Both the position numbers and the translations under genes were made by a program. From positions 74,231 to 138,230 of the forward strand of contig CAVYFW010000023.1 in NCBI GenBank assembly GCA_963767885.1: 64,000 nucleotides of DNA, in the 5' to 3' direction. The notes below the pieces were generated by a model. The model did not search any database, was not told where the DNA came from, and was given only the letters and a program-made list of their open reading frames with translations. Below, piece after piece: positions 1-10,133 of the stretch (position 1 is the stretch's first letter; every line of letters starts with the position of its first letter). This stretch comes from an uncultured Actinomycetota bacterium (GTDB lineage: Bacteria > Actinomycetota > Thermoleophilia > Gaiellales > F1-60-MAGs149).

Positions 1-89
1 GCGGCGTCGCCTCCGCCAGGTTCTCGTGGCTGACGCCCGGCGCGGCTGGCTACGTCGTCGTGCCCGCCGGCGCGCTCCGCACCTCCTAG
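1..89 (+). CDS. C-terminal end of an unidentified protein-coding gene (partial; continues upstream of the window)
   Basis: Frame 3 is open from the window edge to TAG 87-89. 27 of 28 codons end in G/C, unlike the other frames. The visible peptide ...GYVVVPAGALRTS* is too short for a product call. Confidence 0.4.
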   Translation, partial: GVASARFSWLTPGAAGYVVVPAGALRTS

Positions 90-168
90 CCGCCGACGCG
101 GCTGCCAAGACGCGGCGCCTCCGCCTCACGCCCCCGGGGCGGGGGCGCCGTGAAGCGCGCACCCCAGC

Positions 169-194
169 GGGCCGGCTCCTCCGGGAGCCGGCCC
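169..194 (+). terminator. GC hairpin downstream of the partial CDS (possible terminator without U-tract)
   Basis: Perfect 11-bp stem GGGCCGGCTCC/GGAGCCGGCCC with 4-nt loop TCCG, about 80 nt after the TAG. Confidence 0.35.
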
Positions 195-197
195 GGC

Positions 198-255
198 GTG
201 CATTTGCACCGTCCCGCGGCGGCGCGACCTGGTCGGCCGAGAGGTGCAATTGCAC
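198..255. repeat. Paired-palindrome intergenic element, copy 1
   Basis: GTGCATTTGCAC (198-209) + 34-nt GC spacer + GTGCAATTGCAC (244-255). The spacer cgtcccgcggcggcgcgacctggtcggccgagag is homologous to the spacers of the copies at 20075-20131 and 28898-28964. Confidence 0.8.
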
Positions 256-311
256 GCTCCGGCGGCCACCCGGAGCCCGCCACACGTGTCGGGCGCTACC
301 CTCTCCGCCAC

Positions 312-878
312 ATGGCAGAGATGGTCTCGACGAACCAGTTCAAGAACGGCATGCACATCGACGTGGAGGGCACCGTCTTCCGGATCGTCGAGTTCCAGCA
401 CGTCAAGCCGGGCAAGGGCGGCGCCTTCGTGCGCACGAAGCTCAAGGCCTTCGAGAGCGGCGCCGTCATCGATCGCACGTTCCGCGCCGGCGAGAAGTTC
501 CCCCGCATCATCACGTCGGTCGACGACATGCAGTTCCTGTACGACGACGGCGCCGACGTCGTCCTGATGAACACCGAGACGTACGAGCAAGTGCACCTCG
601 CGCGGGCCATCTGCGAGGACGAGCTGCGCTACGTCAAGGAGGGCGACACCGTCCAGCTCCTGTCGGTGGACGGGAAGCCGGCGACCATCCAGCTGCCCGC
701 CGCGGTCGAGCTCGAGGTCGTCGAGACCGAGCCGGGCGTGAAGGGCGACACCGTCTCCAACGTCACCAAGTCCGCGCGCCTCGAGACCGGCGCCACCGTG
801 TCCGTGCCCCTCTTCGTGAACGTCGGCGACCGCATCCGGGTCGACACCCGCGAGGGCCGCTACATCGCTCGCGCGTAG
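312..878 (+). CDS. efp: Elongation factor P
   Basis: 188 aa, MAEMVSTNQFKNGMHIDVEG..., with the KPGKGGAFVRTKLK loop typical of EF-P. ATG 312 is preferred over the in-frame GTG 150, which would cover the repeat element. TACCCT box at 297-302. Confidence 0.95.
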   Translation: MAEMVSTNQFKNGMHIDVEGTVFRIVEFQHVKPGKGGAFVRTKLKAFESGAVIDRTFRAGEKFPRIITSVDDMQFLYDDGADVVLMNTETYEQVHLARAICEDELRYVKEGDTVQLLSVDGKPATIQLPAAVELEVVETEPGVKGDTVSNVTKSARLETGATVSVPLFVNVGDRIRVDTREGRYIARA

Positions 879-893
879 TCGCGCCGCCGCACC

Positions 894-2659
894 GTGGCCC
901 GGCTGATCGACACCTCCCTCCGCCTCCTGTCGCAGGAGCCGCTCGAGGGCCGCGTGCCCACCGCGCGCCTGCTCGAGGTCGCCGCGGCGCTCGACCGCTC
1001 GGGCTACCACGCGCTCGAGGTGACCGGCGGCGGCTGCTTCCGCGCTGCTGTCGCCCGCGGCGTCGAGAGCCCGTGGGAGCGCATCCGCGCGATCAAGCTG
1101 CGCGCCACCCACACGCCCCTCGCCATGGCGCTGCGCGGCACGTTCCTCGTGTCCTCGCAGCCCGCCGCGCCCGACCTGGTGCGCCGCTTCATCCTCTGCG
1201 CCGCCGAGTCCGGGATCGACATCTTCCGGCTGCACGACCCCCTCAACGACGCCGACGACCTGGCCGCGGCGGCAGGCGCCGTGCGCGAGGCCGGCGCGCG
1301 CCTCTACGCCGGGCTCGTGTACGCCGACGGCCCGGGCGGCGACGACTTCCTGGTCGAGCGGGCGAAGGTCCTCGGCGCGCTCGGCGCCGACCGGGTGCTG
1401 CTGCACGACCAGGCCGGCTCGCTCGACGCCGCGGGCGTCGGCGATCTCGTGACGCGGCTCCGCGAGGCGGCCGGCGTGCCCGTCGGCCTCTACGTGCAGG
1501 GGCCGGGCGGCACCGCGCTGGCCGTGGCCGTCGAGGCGGCGCGCGCCGGCGCCGACCCGATCGCCGCCGCCGCCTACCCCGTCGCCGTGCCGACGCACCG
1601 CGCGTCGTCGGAGCTCCTGGCGCAGACCCTCGACGGCATCGGCTTCGACTCCGGCATCGACCAGGTCGCCGCCTGGGAGGCCGCGCTGCTCGTCGACCAG
1701 GCGCTCGGGGCCGGCGAGTCGCTGCCGCCGCCGCTGTCGGCCCACGTCTCGCTGCTCGCCGCGGTCAACCGCGTCCCGGCCGGCCTCGTGGCGTCCGCGG
1801 AGCGGCATCTCGCCGAGATCGGCGCGTCCGACCGCATGCAGGAGGTGCTGGCCGAGGTCAGCCGCATCCGCGACGAGCTCGGCCGCCCGCCGCTGGCGCC
1901 GCCGGTCGGGCTGATCCTCATGCGGCAGGCCATCGACCACGTGCTCAGCGGCCGCCGCTGGACCGGCACGTCGGAGGCCGTCCGCAGCATCGCGCTCGGC
2001 GAGTGGGGTCAGACGCCCGGCCCCGTCGACGAGGGCGTGCGCGCGCTGGCGGCGTCGCAGACGCCGGGCGACATCGAGCCGGCCGACTTCGACGAGGCGC
2101 GCGACGAGGTCGGCGAGCTGGCGACGTCCGAGGAGGAGCTCTGCCTCGTCGCCCTGTTCGGCGAGGCCGTCGTGCCGCTGCTCGAGCGCATGCGCAACCG
2201 CCAGCGGACGCCCGATCGCCGCGAGGGCGAGCCCGCCGAGGAGGCGCGCATCCGCCGGCTCGTGACGCTCCTCGAGGAGTCCGGGCTGTCGGAGCTGACG
2301 ATCGAGGAGGACGGCACCCGCATCACGCTGCGCAAGGAGGAGGAGCGGATCGTGCCCGTCGCCGCCGCGCCGCCGGCCGCGCAGCCGACGACCGCGCCGG
2401 ACGTCGCGCCGACGCACCTCGTCGTGGTCGAGAGCCCGATGGTCGGCACGTTCTACTCCGCCCCGACGCCCGACGACCCGCCGTTCGTCTCCGTCGGCGA
2501 CCAGGTCACCGTGGGGCAGACGCTGTGCATCCTCGAGGCGATGAAGCTGTTCAACGAGCTCAAGTGCGACGTGGCCGGCGTCGTGCGCCGCGTCCTGGTC
2601 GAGAACGCCGCTGCCGTGGAGTACGGGCAGCCGCTGTTCGAGCTCGAGCCCGTCCTGTC

Positions 2660-2663
<4 letters not shown>
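894..2663 (+). CDS. accB: Fusion protein: degenerate OadA/PycB-type carboxyltransferase-like domain + complete biotin carboxyl carrier protein (AccB)
   Basis: 589 aa. The N-terminal ~440 aa align with the oxaloacetate decarboxylase alpha / pyruvate carboxylase B TIM-barrel but lack the metal ligands (see finding). The C-terminal ~150 aa are a full AccB (IRRLVTLLEESGLSELTIEE..., SPMVGTFY, biotinyl-Lys motif CILEAMKLFNEL). Sits in the classic efp-accB-accC-nusB position. Confidence 0.85.
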
Positions 2664-4014
<1,351 letters not shown>

Positions 4015-4018
<4 letters not shown>

Positions 4019-4443
4019 GCTCGCGCCCGACACGCGGCCCGTCCCGCCGGCAGGCTCGCCGCGCGGCCATGATGCTGCTCTACCAGCGGTCGCTGACCGA
4101 GCGGCCGCTGGAGGAGCTCATCGCGCGCTACGAGGAGGACGCCGGGATCGAGCTGCCGGCCTACGGGCGGCGCCTGGTCGAGGACGTGGAGGCGAAGCAG
4201 CCGGAGCTCGACGCCGAGATCGACGCCCACGCGCACGGCTGGACGTCCGACCGCATCTCGCCGGTGGAGCGCGCGGCGCTGCGCATCGCGACGCTGGAGC
4301 TGCTGGATCGGCCCGACGTGCCGGCCGGCGCGGCGATCGAGGAGGCCGTCCGCCTCGCGCGCCGCTACGCGTCGCCGGAGGCCGCCTCGTTCGTCAACGG
4401 CGTGCTCGGCGCGATCGCGCGCGCGCACGGCGTGGGACGGTAG
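4015..4443 (+). CDS. nusB: Transcription antitermination factor NusB
   Basis: 142 aa. ATG overlaps the accC stop (ATGA). NusB-like helices (...RAALRIATLELL..., ASFVNGVLG). Conserved accBC-nusB neighbourhood. Confidence 0.88.
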
Positions 4444-4454
4444 AGTCCCGGCCG

Positions 4455-4640
4455 GTGGAGGGCGTCGACCGCCTGCAGGAGCTTCTCGCCCGCATCGACG
4501 CCGCCACGGCGCGCCTGGAGGGCAGCGACGAGCCCGACGAGGCGGTGGCGGCGCTGGCGGAGCTCGACGCGCTCGCGCAGGAGCTGTCGTCCGAGGTCGA
4601 GCGGCAGCGGCGCGCGGCCGCCGACGAGGAGGAGCGGTGA
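4455..4640 (+). CDS. xseB: Exodeoxyribonuclease VII small subunit-like protein
   Basis: 61-aa helical acidic protein (LQELLARIDAATARLEG...AVAALAELDAL). Lies directly upstream of and overlapping a polyprenyl synthase, as in the xseB-ispA arrangement. TAGAGT box 4441-4446 lies 8 nt before GTG. Confidence 0.55.
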   Translation: MEGVDRLQELLARIDAATARLEGSDEPDEAVAALAELDALAQELSSEVERQRRAAADEEER

Positions 4641-5545
4641 GCGCGGGGCTGGCGGGCGCCGCGCGGCGCGAGGATCCGATGCCGTTCCCCGACCACCTCG
4701 TCGCCCTCGTCGACCGCGAGCTCGCCGTGCTGGCGGTGCCGGGCGGCGACGACGACCTCGCGCCGTTCGACCAGGCCCTGCGCTACCCGCTCGAGGCCGG
4801 CGGCAAGCGGCTGCGGCCCGTGCTGCTGCTGGCGACCGTCGAGGCGCTCGGCGGCGACGTCGAGGGCGCGCTGCCCACCGCCGTCGCGCTCGAGTGCGTG
4901 CACACGTTCTCGCTCGTGCACGACGACCTGCCGGCGCTCGACGACGACGACCTGCGGCGCGGCCGCGAGACCGTCCACCGCGTCTACGGCGAGGACGTCG
5001 CCGTGCTGGTGGGCGACGCGCTGCTGACGGTCGCGTTCCGCCTCGTCGCCGAGCGGCAGGGCGGCCCCGCGGAGCGCCGGCTGCGCGCCACCGCGACGCT
5101 GGCGCGCGCCGTCGACGGCATGATCCGCGGCCAGTACCTCGACGTCCGGCCGGTGGACGGCCTCGACGAGGCGGGCCTGCGCCGCCTCTGCTCGCTGAAG
5201 ACGGGCCAGTTGATCGAGGCCGGCGTCGGGCTCGCGCTCGATCTCGTGGACCCGGCCGACGAGGTCGCGGCCGCGTACCGCGCGCTCGCCGCCGAGGTCG
5301 GCCTGGGCTTCCAGATCGTCGACGACGTGCTCGACGCCACGGGCTCCGACGACGCGCTCGGCAAGCGGGCCGGCGCGGACGCGGCGGCGGGCAAGCGCAC
5401 GCACGTCACCGTCCTCGGCCTGCCGCGGGCGCGGGAGCTCGCGCGCGCCAGCGAGGAGCGTGCATTTGCACGTCTCGACGAGCTGCCCGGCCGCCCGCGC
5501 TCGCTCGCCGCGATCGTGGAGCGCGTCTACCGGCGGGACCGCTGA
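4637..5545 (+). CDS. ispA: Polyprenyl (farnesyl/geranylgeranyl) diphosphate synthase
   Basis: 302 aa. First Asp-rich motif LVHDDLPALDDDDLRRG, second FQIVDDVLD. GTG overlaps the xseB stop. Confidence 0.88.
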   Translation: MSAGLAGAARREDPMPFPDHLVALVDRELAVLAVPGGDDDLAPFDQALRYPLEAGGKRLRPVLLLATVEALGGDVEGALPTAVALECVHTFSLVHDDLPALDDDDLRRGRETVHRVYGEDVAVLVGDALLTVAFRLVAERQGGPAERRLRATATLARAVDGMIRGQYLDVRPVDGLDEAGLRRLCSLKTGQLIEAGVGLALDLVDPADEVAAAYRALAAEVGLGFQIVDDVLDATGSDDALGKRAGADAAAGKRTHVTVLGLPRARELARASEERAFARLDELPGRPRSLAAIVERVYRRDR

Positions 5546-6477
5546 TGGCCGCGGCCGTGGGGGCGATGCGGGCGCGCGCGACCGGCACGGCGTGGCCCGC
5601 GGTCACCGCCATGCTGCTGCTCTTCGCCCTCACCTTCCCGGCCATGAAGGCGGCGACGACCGGCCTCGGCGTCGGCACGGCGACGTCGCTGCGGTTCGTG
5701 ATCGCGAGCGCGGTGCTGCTGCCGCTCTGCTGGCGCCAGCTCGGCCACGTCGGGCCGGTCTGGCGCAAGCTCGTCTTCGCCGGGGTCGTCGGGCTCGGCG
5801 CGCAGGCGCTCTTCATGGTCGCCGGCGTCGACGCGGGGTCGGCCTCGCTCGCGGCGCTGATCCTCGGCCTGGAGCCCATCGGCATCGCCGTGTGCGCGGC
5901 CCTCGTCGGGGGCGAGCACCTCGACCGGCGCACCGTCGGCGCGCTCGCGCTCGGCTTCGCGGGCGTCGCAGTGGTCTCCGGGGCGCTGTCCGAGCCGCTC
6001 GGCGACATCCCGGCCGATGCGGTCGGCTTCCTGCTGCTCACGGTGGTGACGTTCTCCGGCTACACCGTCGCGATCCGCCGCTTCCGCGGGCAGGCCGACC
6101 CCCTGGTCATCGCGACCGTGACCACGCTCGGCGGGATGCTCGTGACGGCGCCGCTGCTCGTCCTCGACGTCGCGCGCGGGCAGGCGGTGGAGGACGTGGC
6201 GTCGCTCTCGACCGTCGTCGGCGTGACCTACATGGGCGTGGGCGCGGCGTTCGGCTACGTGCTCTTCGCCCACATCCTGGCCACGCGAGCGTCGTCGAGC
6301 CTCGCGGTCGTGCTCTACCTGCTGCCGCCGCTCGGCGTGCTGGCGTCCTGGGCGCTGCTGGGCGAGGAGCCGCACGCGCGCGACGCCGTCGGCGCGGTGT
6401 TCATCCTGTCCGCCGTCGCGCTCGCGGAGCGCGGCCGGCGACGGGCCGCCACCGCCGCGGAGGTGACCCCCACGTGA
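5545..6477 (+). CDS. EamA/DMT-family transporter
   Basis: 310 aa with about 10 hydrophobic segments arranged as two EamA-like halves. ATG overlaps the ispA stop (ATGA). Confidence 0.8.
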   Translation: MAAAVGAMRARATGTAWPAVTAMLLLFALTFPAMKAATTGLGVGTATSLRFVIASAVLLPLCWRQLGHVGPVWRKLVFAGVVGLGAQALFMVAGVDAGSASLAALILGLEPIGIAVCAALVGGEHLDRRTVGALALGFAGVAVVSGALSEPLGDIPADAVGFLLLTVVTFSGYTVAIRRFRGQADPLVIATVTTLGGMLVTAPLLVLDVARGQAVEDVASLSTVVGVTYMGVGAAFGYVLFAHILATRASSSLAVVLYLLPPLGVLASWALLGEEPHARDAVGAVFILSAVALAERGRRRAATAAEVTPT

Positions 6478-7447
6478 TCGAGCTCGAGGACGTCCGCGCG
6501 GCGGCGGGGCGCATCGCCGGCGCGGTGCACCGCACGCCCGTGCTGACGTCGCGCACGCTCGACGAGGCGACGGGCGCGCGCGTCTTCGTGAAGGCGGAGA
6601 ACCAGCAGCGCGGCGGCGCGTTCAAGCTGCGCGGCGCGACCAATCGCATCGAGGGGCGCAGCGACGCAGGAGCGCGACCGCGGCGTCTTCGCGGTGTCGT
6701 CGGGGAACCACGCGCAGGCCGTGGCCATCGCCGCGCGGCGCGCGGGGCTGCCCGCCGACGATCCTGATGCCCGAGGACGCGCCGCCGGCGAAGCTCGCGG
6801 CGACGCGCGGCTACGGCGCCGAGGTCGTGCTGTACGACCGCTACGGGCCCGAGGATCGCGACGTCATCGCCCGCGACCTCGCGGCCGAGCGCGGCCTCAC
6901 GTTCGTCCACCCGTTCGACGACGAGCTCGTGATGGCGGGGCAGGGCACGGTCGCGCTCGAGCTGCTGGAGGACGTGCCGGACCTCGACGTGCTGGTCGTC
7001 CCGGTCGGCGGCGGCGGGCTGGCGGCCGGGTGCGCCACGGCGGCCACGGCGCTCGCGCCCGGCATCCGCGTCGTCGGCGTGGAGCCCGCAGCGAGCGACG
7101 ACCACGTGCAATCGCTCGCCCGCGGGGAGCGCATCCGCGTCCCCGTGGGGCGCACGATCGCCGACGGGCAGCAGACCGACATGCCCGGGGAGCGGACGTT
7201 CGCGGTCAACAGCCGCCTGCTCGATCGCGTGGTCACCGTGGAGGACGCGGAGATCGTCGCGGCGATGGCGTTCCTGCTCGACCGCCTGAAGACCGTCGCC
7301 GAGCCCAGCGGCGCCTGCGCCCTCGCCGCCCTGCTGCAGGAGCGGGTCGGTCCGGTGGCGGGCCGGCGGGTCGGCGTCGTGCTGAGCGGCGGGAACGTCG
7401 GGGCGGCGCGGCTCGCGCGCCTCTTCGACGACTACCTCGGCCCGTAG
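6474..7447 (+). pseudogene. PLP-dependent threonine/serine ammonia-lyase family enzyme (IlvA / serine racemase-like), reading frame interrupted twice
   Basis: Motifs lie in three successive frames. Frame 0: VFVKAENQQRGGAFKLRGATNRI. Frame 1: GVFAVSSGNHAQAVAIAARRAGLPA. Frame 2: ILMPEDAPPAKL...VVPVGGGGL... Shifts are near 6650-6680 and 6752-6758, both +1. Confidence 0.8.
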
Positions 7448-7962
7448 TTGATGGCCTGGTTGGCCAGCGCGACCAGCGCGGCCTTCGGGCGGGCGACCGG
7501 ATCCTTGACCGAGAACTGGTAGAGGACGCCCTCGCGCACGAAGTGGATCTGCGCGGGCGAGCAGGACGCGCCGCAGGAGAGCGGGTAGTAGTGGCCCGGG
7601 ACGCCCTTCGCGAGCGTGACGTTGGCCGGGTCGAACAGGCGCCTGCGCTTGAGGGCGCTGAAGCTCGCCATCGCGCACGCGTTGGCCCCGTTGCAGTTGC
7701 GCACGTAGGCGAGGTCGAGCGTCCAGCTGCCCTGCGCGATCCCGGCCGTCGGGAACGCCTGGTGGCGGCCGTGGATGGTGAAGGCGTTCGGCAGGTAGAT
7801 CGCCAGCGGGCTGCGGGCGGCGATGCGCTCGATCTGCTTCGCGGCGACCGTGGGCACGTTGACGCGGGTCGTGGCGGCGCCGGCCGGTGCGGCGGCGGTC
7901 ACGGCGAGCAGGGCGAGCACGGCGACCGCCGCGACGGCGGTGCGGAGGCTACGGGTCGACAT
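7432..7962 (-). CDS. Secreted hypothetical protein (signal peptide, Cys-containing)
   Basis: 176 aa from ATG 7962. MSTRSLRTAVAAVAVLALLAVTAAAPAGA looks like a signal peptide. High GC3. No family recognised. Confidence 0.6.
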   Translation of the reverse strand: MSTRSLRTAVAAVAVLALLAVTAAAPAGAATTRVNVPTVAAKQIERIAARSPLAIYLPNAFTIHGRHQAFPTAGIAQGSWTLDLAYVRNCNGANACAMASFSALKRRRLFDPANVTLAKGVPGHYYPLSCGASCSPAQIHFVREGVLYQFSVKDPVARPKAALVALANQAINYGPR

Positions 7963-8198
7963 GCACGAAGCGTAGGTCGCGCCGTCCCGGACCGGCTGCA
8001 GGGCTCGGCGCGGCCCCGCCGACGACGTCGTCGCCCGAGGCGTCGCGCCACACCCACGACTCCCGCACGGTGCGGGCTGCGACGCTCGAGTTGAGGGACG
8101 TGGTCGGCATCCTGTCCACCAGAGCAGCGAGGCGCCGGCCGGATACGTGAGGCGCCCTGCCGGCGCGAGGGTGGCGGCCCGCCGCGGGCGCGGAGCAG

Positions 8199-8210
8199 GT
8201 GCAATTGCAC
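8199..8210. repeat. Single GTGCAATTGCAC palindrome upstream of the HesB-like gene
   Basis: Exact 12-mer. Its right flank gctcg..ggcc.acccgg resembles the right flank of the copy at 244-255. Confidence 0.75.
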
Positions 8211-8300
8211 GCTCGTGCCGTGCAAGGCCGGCCCACCCGGCGGGATTGAGTCTCGCGAGATCGGGCACCCCCGCCGGGACCCCGAGAGAGGAGATCATCC

Positions 8301-8579
8301 ATGCTCACCCTGACCGACACCGCACGCGACGTCGTGCGCGAGATGGTCGAGGCCGGCGGCGCGCCCGACGGCAGCGGCATCCGCATCAGCGCCGACGACG
8401 GCGGCGACGGCCTGTCGCTGTCGCTCGTGGCCGGCCCCGCCGAGGGCGACCAGGTCGTCGATGACGAGGGCACCCGCGTCTTCCTCGAGCCGCGCGCCGC
8501 GTCGCTGCTGGACGACAAGATCCTCGACGCCGACCGGCACGAGGACCACGTCCACTTCACGCTCGACGAGCAGGTCTGA
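8301..8579 (+). CDS. HesB/IscA-like small protein lacking all conserved cysteines
   Basis: 92 aa, MLTLTDTARDVVREMVE...GIRISADD...LSLVAGPAEGDQVVDDEGTRVFLEP... has an IscA/HesB-fold pattern but contains no Cys. RBS GAGAGGAG precedes the ATG. Confidence 0.65.
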   Translation: MLTLTDTARDVVREMVEAGGAPDGSGIRISADDGGDGLSLSLVAGPAEGDQVVDDEGTRVFLEPRAASLLDDKILDADRHEDHVHFTLDEQV

Positions 8580-8586
8580 CGACGCG

Positions 8587-8616
8587 CCTGCGGGCGTGCA
8601 ATTGCACGCCCGCAGG
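8587..8616. terminator. 30-bp perfect palindrome centred on GTGCAATTGCAC, immediately after the HesB-like gene (hairpin/terminator candidate)
   Basis: CCTGCGGGCGTGCAATTGCACGCCCGCAGG equals its own reverse complement. It starts 8 nt after the stop at 8579. Confidence 0.5.
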
Positions 8617-8623
8617 CGCCGCG

Positions 8624-8629
8624 TACGAT
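8624..8629 (+). promoter_or_regulatory. -10-like box TACGAT 6 nt upstream of the aroE GTG (leaderless-type promoter candidate)
   Basis: TANNNT hexamer, no Shine-Dalgarno between it and GTG 8636. Confidence 0.4.
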
Positions 8630-8635
8630 GCGGCC

Positions 8636-9481
8636 GTGACCGCGTCCGGCGTCTACGCCCTGCTCGGCCAGCCCGTCGCGGGCAACCCCACCCGCCAGAT
8701 GATCGAGGCCGCGTGGCGGGCGGCCGGCATCGACGCGCAGTACGTCGACCTCGAGGTCGAGCCGGCGGCGCTGCCGGACGCCTTCCGCGGCCTGCGGGCG
8801 CTCGGCTTCGACGGCGGTCACGTGACGCGGCCGCACAAGATCGCCGCCGTCGCCCTCGTCGACCGCCTGACGCCGTCGGCCGCGGCGGTCGGCGCGGTCA
8901 ACTGCCTGCGGCGCGAGGACGACGGCCTGGCCGGCGACAACACCGACGGCAAGGGCTTCCTCGCCTCCCTGCGCTCCGTCATGGACCCGCAGGGCGCGCA
9001 CGCAGTCGTGCTCGGCGCGGGCGGCGCGGCGCGGGCCGTCGCCGTGGAGCTCGCGCTGGCGGGCGCCGCGCGCATCACCGTCGTCACCCGCTCGCCGACG
9101 CCGGGACGGGAGCTCGCCGGCACCCTCCGCGAGCTCGGCACGGCGGCCGACGCCGCAGCCTTCGGCGAGGCCTACGCCGTCGGCGGCGACGTCGGGGTGC
9201 TCGTCAACGGCACGTCGGCGGGACAGGACGACCCGGACGAGGCGCCGCCCGTCGACTGGTCGTCCGCCGGGCCCGGTCTCGTGGCCGCGGACGTCGTCAT
9301 CACGCCCGGCACGCGCTTCCTGCGCGAGGCGGCGGCGGCCGGTGCGCGACCGCTCGACGGGCTCGGGATGCTGGTGGAGCAGGCCGTCGTCGGGCTGCGC
9401 TGGTGGCAGGGCCTCGAGGCCGACCGGCCCGCCATGCACGCCGCCGTGCGCGCCGCGCTCGGGCTCGACGGCGCGGCCTGA
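8636..9481 (+). CDS. aroE: Shikimate dehydrogenase
   Basis: 281 aa. ...GQPVAGNPTRQM..., VTRPHK, AVNCL...GDNTDGKGF, VVLGAGGAARAV are typical AroE motifs. Confidence 0.88.
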   Translation: MTASGVYALLGQPVAGNPTRQMIEAAWRAAGIDAQYVDLEVEPAALPDAFRGLRALGFDGGHVTRPHKIAAVALVDRLTPSAAAVGAVNCLRREDDGLAGDNTDGKGFLASLRSVMDPQGAHAVVLGAGGAARAVAVELALAGAARITVVTRSPTPGRELAGTLRELGTAADAAAFGEAYAVGGDVGVLVNGTSAGQDDPDEAPPVDWSSAGPGLVAADVVITPGTRFLREAAAAGARPLDGLGMLVEQAVVGLRWWQGLEADRPAMHAAVRAALGLDGAA

Positions 9482-10121
9482 GTCAGACGCGACACCGCCC
9501 AGCGCAGGTGTGAGCCAGCACACACAACCCCACGCCGGTCCGAACCGGTCGCGGCGGGCGCCCCGAACCACGCGCGGCTCGCCGCACCGGCGTCCCCCAT
9601 GAGATCGTGACCCTCCCACCGCGTCACCGATTCCTCCCACGGGCAGCGTCCGCCCCCGGCCGCGCCCGTCCTCGTGTTCGGCGCAGGCCCGACACCGTCC
9701 ACGGCTGGTGCACTGGGGATACCCGCCGTGGACTGCTCTCCCGGCCCGCGACCACGGCTGCCAACCCCGTGGTCGCGGCCGCCGGGACGGCTGCGTCGAT
9801 CCCGGCGCCGCCGGAGGCCTGTGCGCCTCCGGCGTCGTCCGGGCCGATCGATCAGAAGACGCTCGAGACCGGCTCCCATGGCGGGGGGCAGCCCGCCGCA
9901 GCCGCTGCGCCGACGGACGCGGCGGCTGCGGCAGGACGACCCCTCGTGCGCCCCCACCACCGGACGCGCGCCGGCGCCCCCGCCGCGCGCGACGTCCGGC
10001 CGTCGCGTCGCGCCGCGCCCATCGCCCGCGCGGTGTCGGCCCGACGGCCGTAGCCCCCTGCCGGCCCGGCCCGCGACCCTTGCGCGGGCCGGCGGCGGGC
10101 GGGCCGGAAGCGCTCCGCGCC

Positions 10122-10127
10122 TATCCT
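10122..10127 (+). promoter_or_regulatory. -10-like box TATCCT 6 nt upstream of the tlyA GTG (leaderless-type)
   Basis: TANNNT hexamer directly before GTG 10134. Confidence 0.35.
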
Positions 10128-10133
10128 GCCAGC

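Noticed and set aside
26-2659. N-terminal 878 aa of the 1330-aa ORF 26..4018, and the 763-aa antisense ORF 126..2417.
   Set aside because: Arg/Pro/Ala-rich low-complexity translations with poor third-position GC. They overlap efp and the accB fusion, which have clear homology and GC3 signal. Only the last 452 codons (accC) are real. These are typical long spurious ORFs of high-GC DNA.
9607-10053. ORFs 9607..10053, 9674.., 9708.. and 9172..9960(-) as protein genes in the aroE-tlyA gap.
   Set aside because: The translations are Arg/Pro/Ala-rich with no recognisable family or consistent GC3 signal. Only the part of frame 9708 from GTG 10134 onward (tlyA) is convincing.
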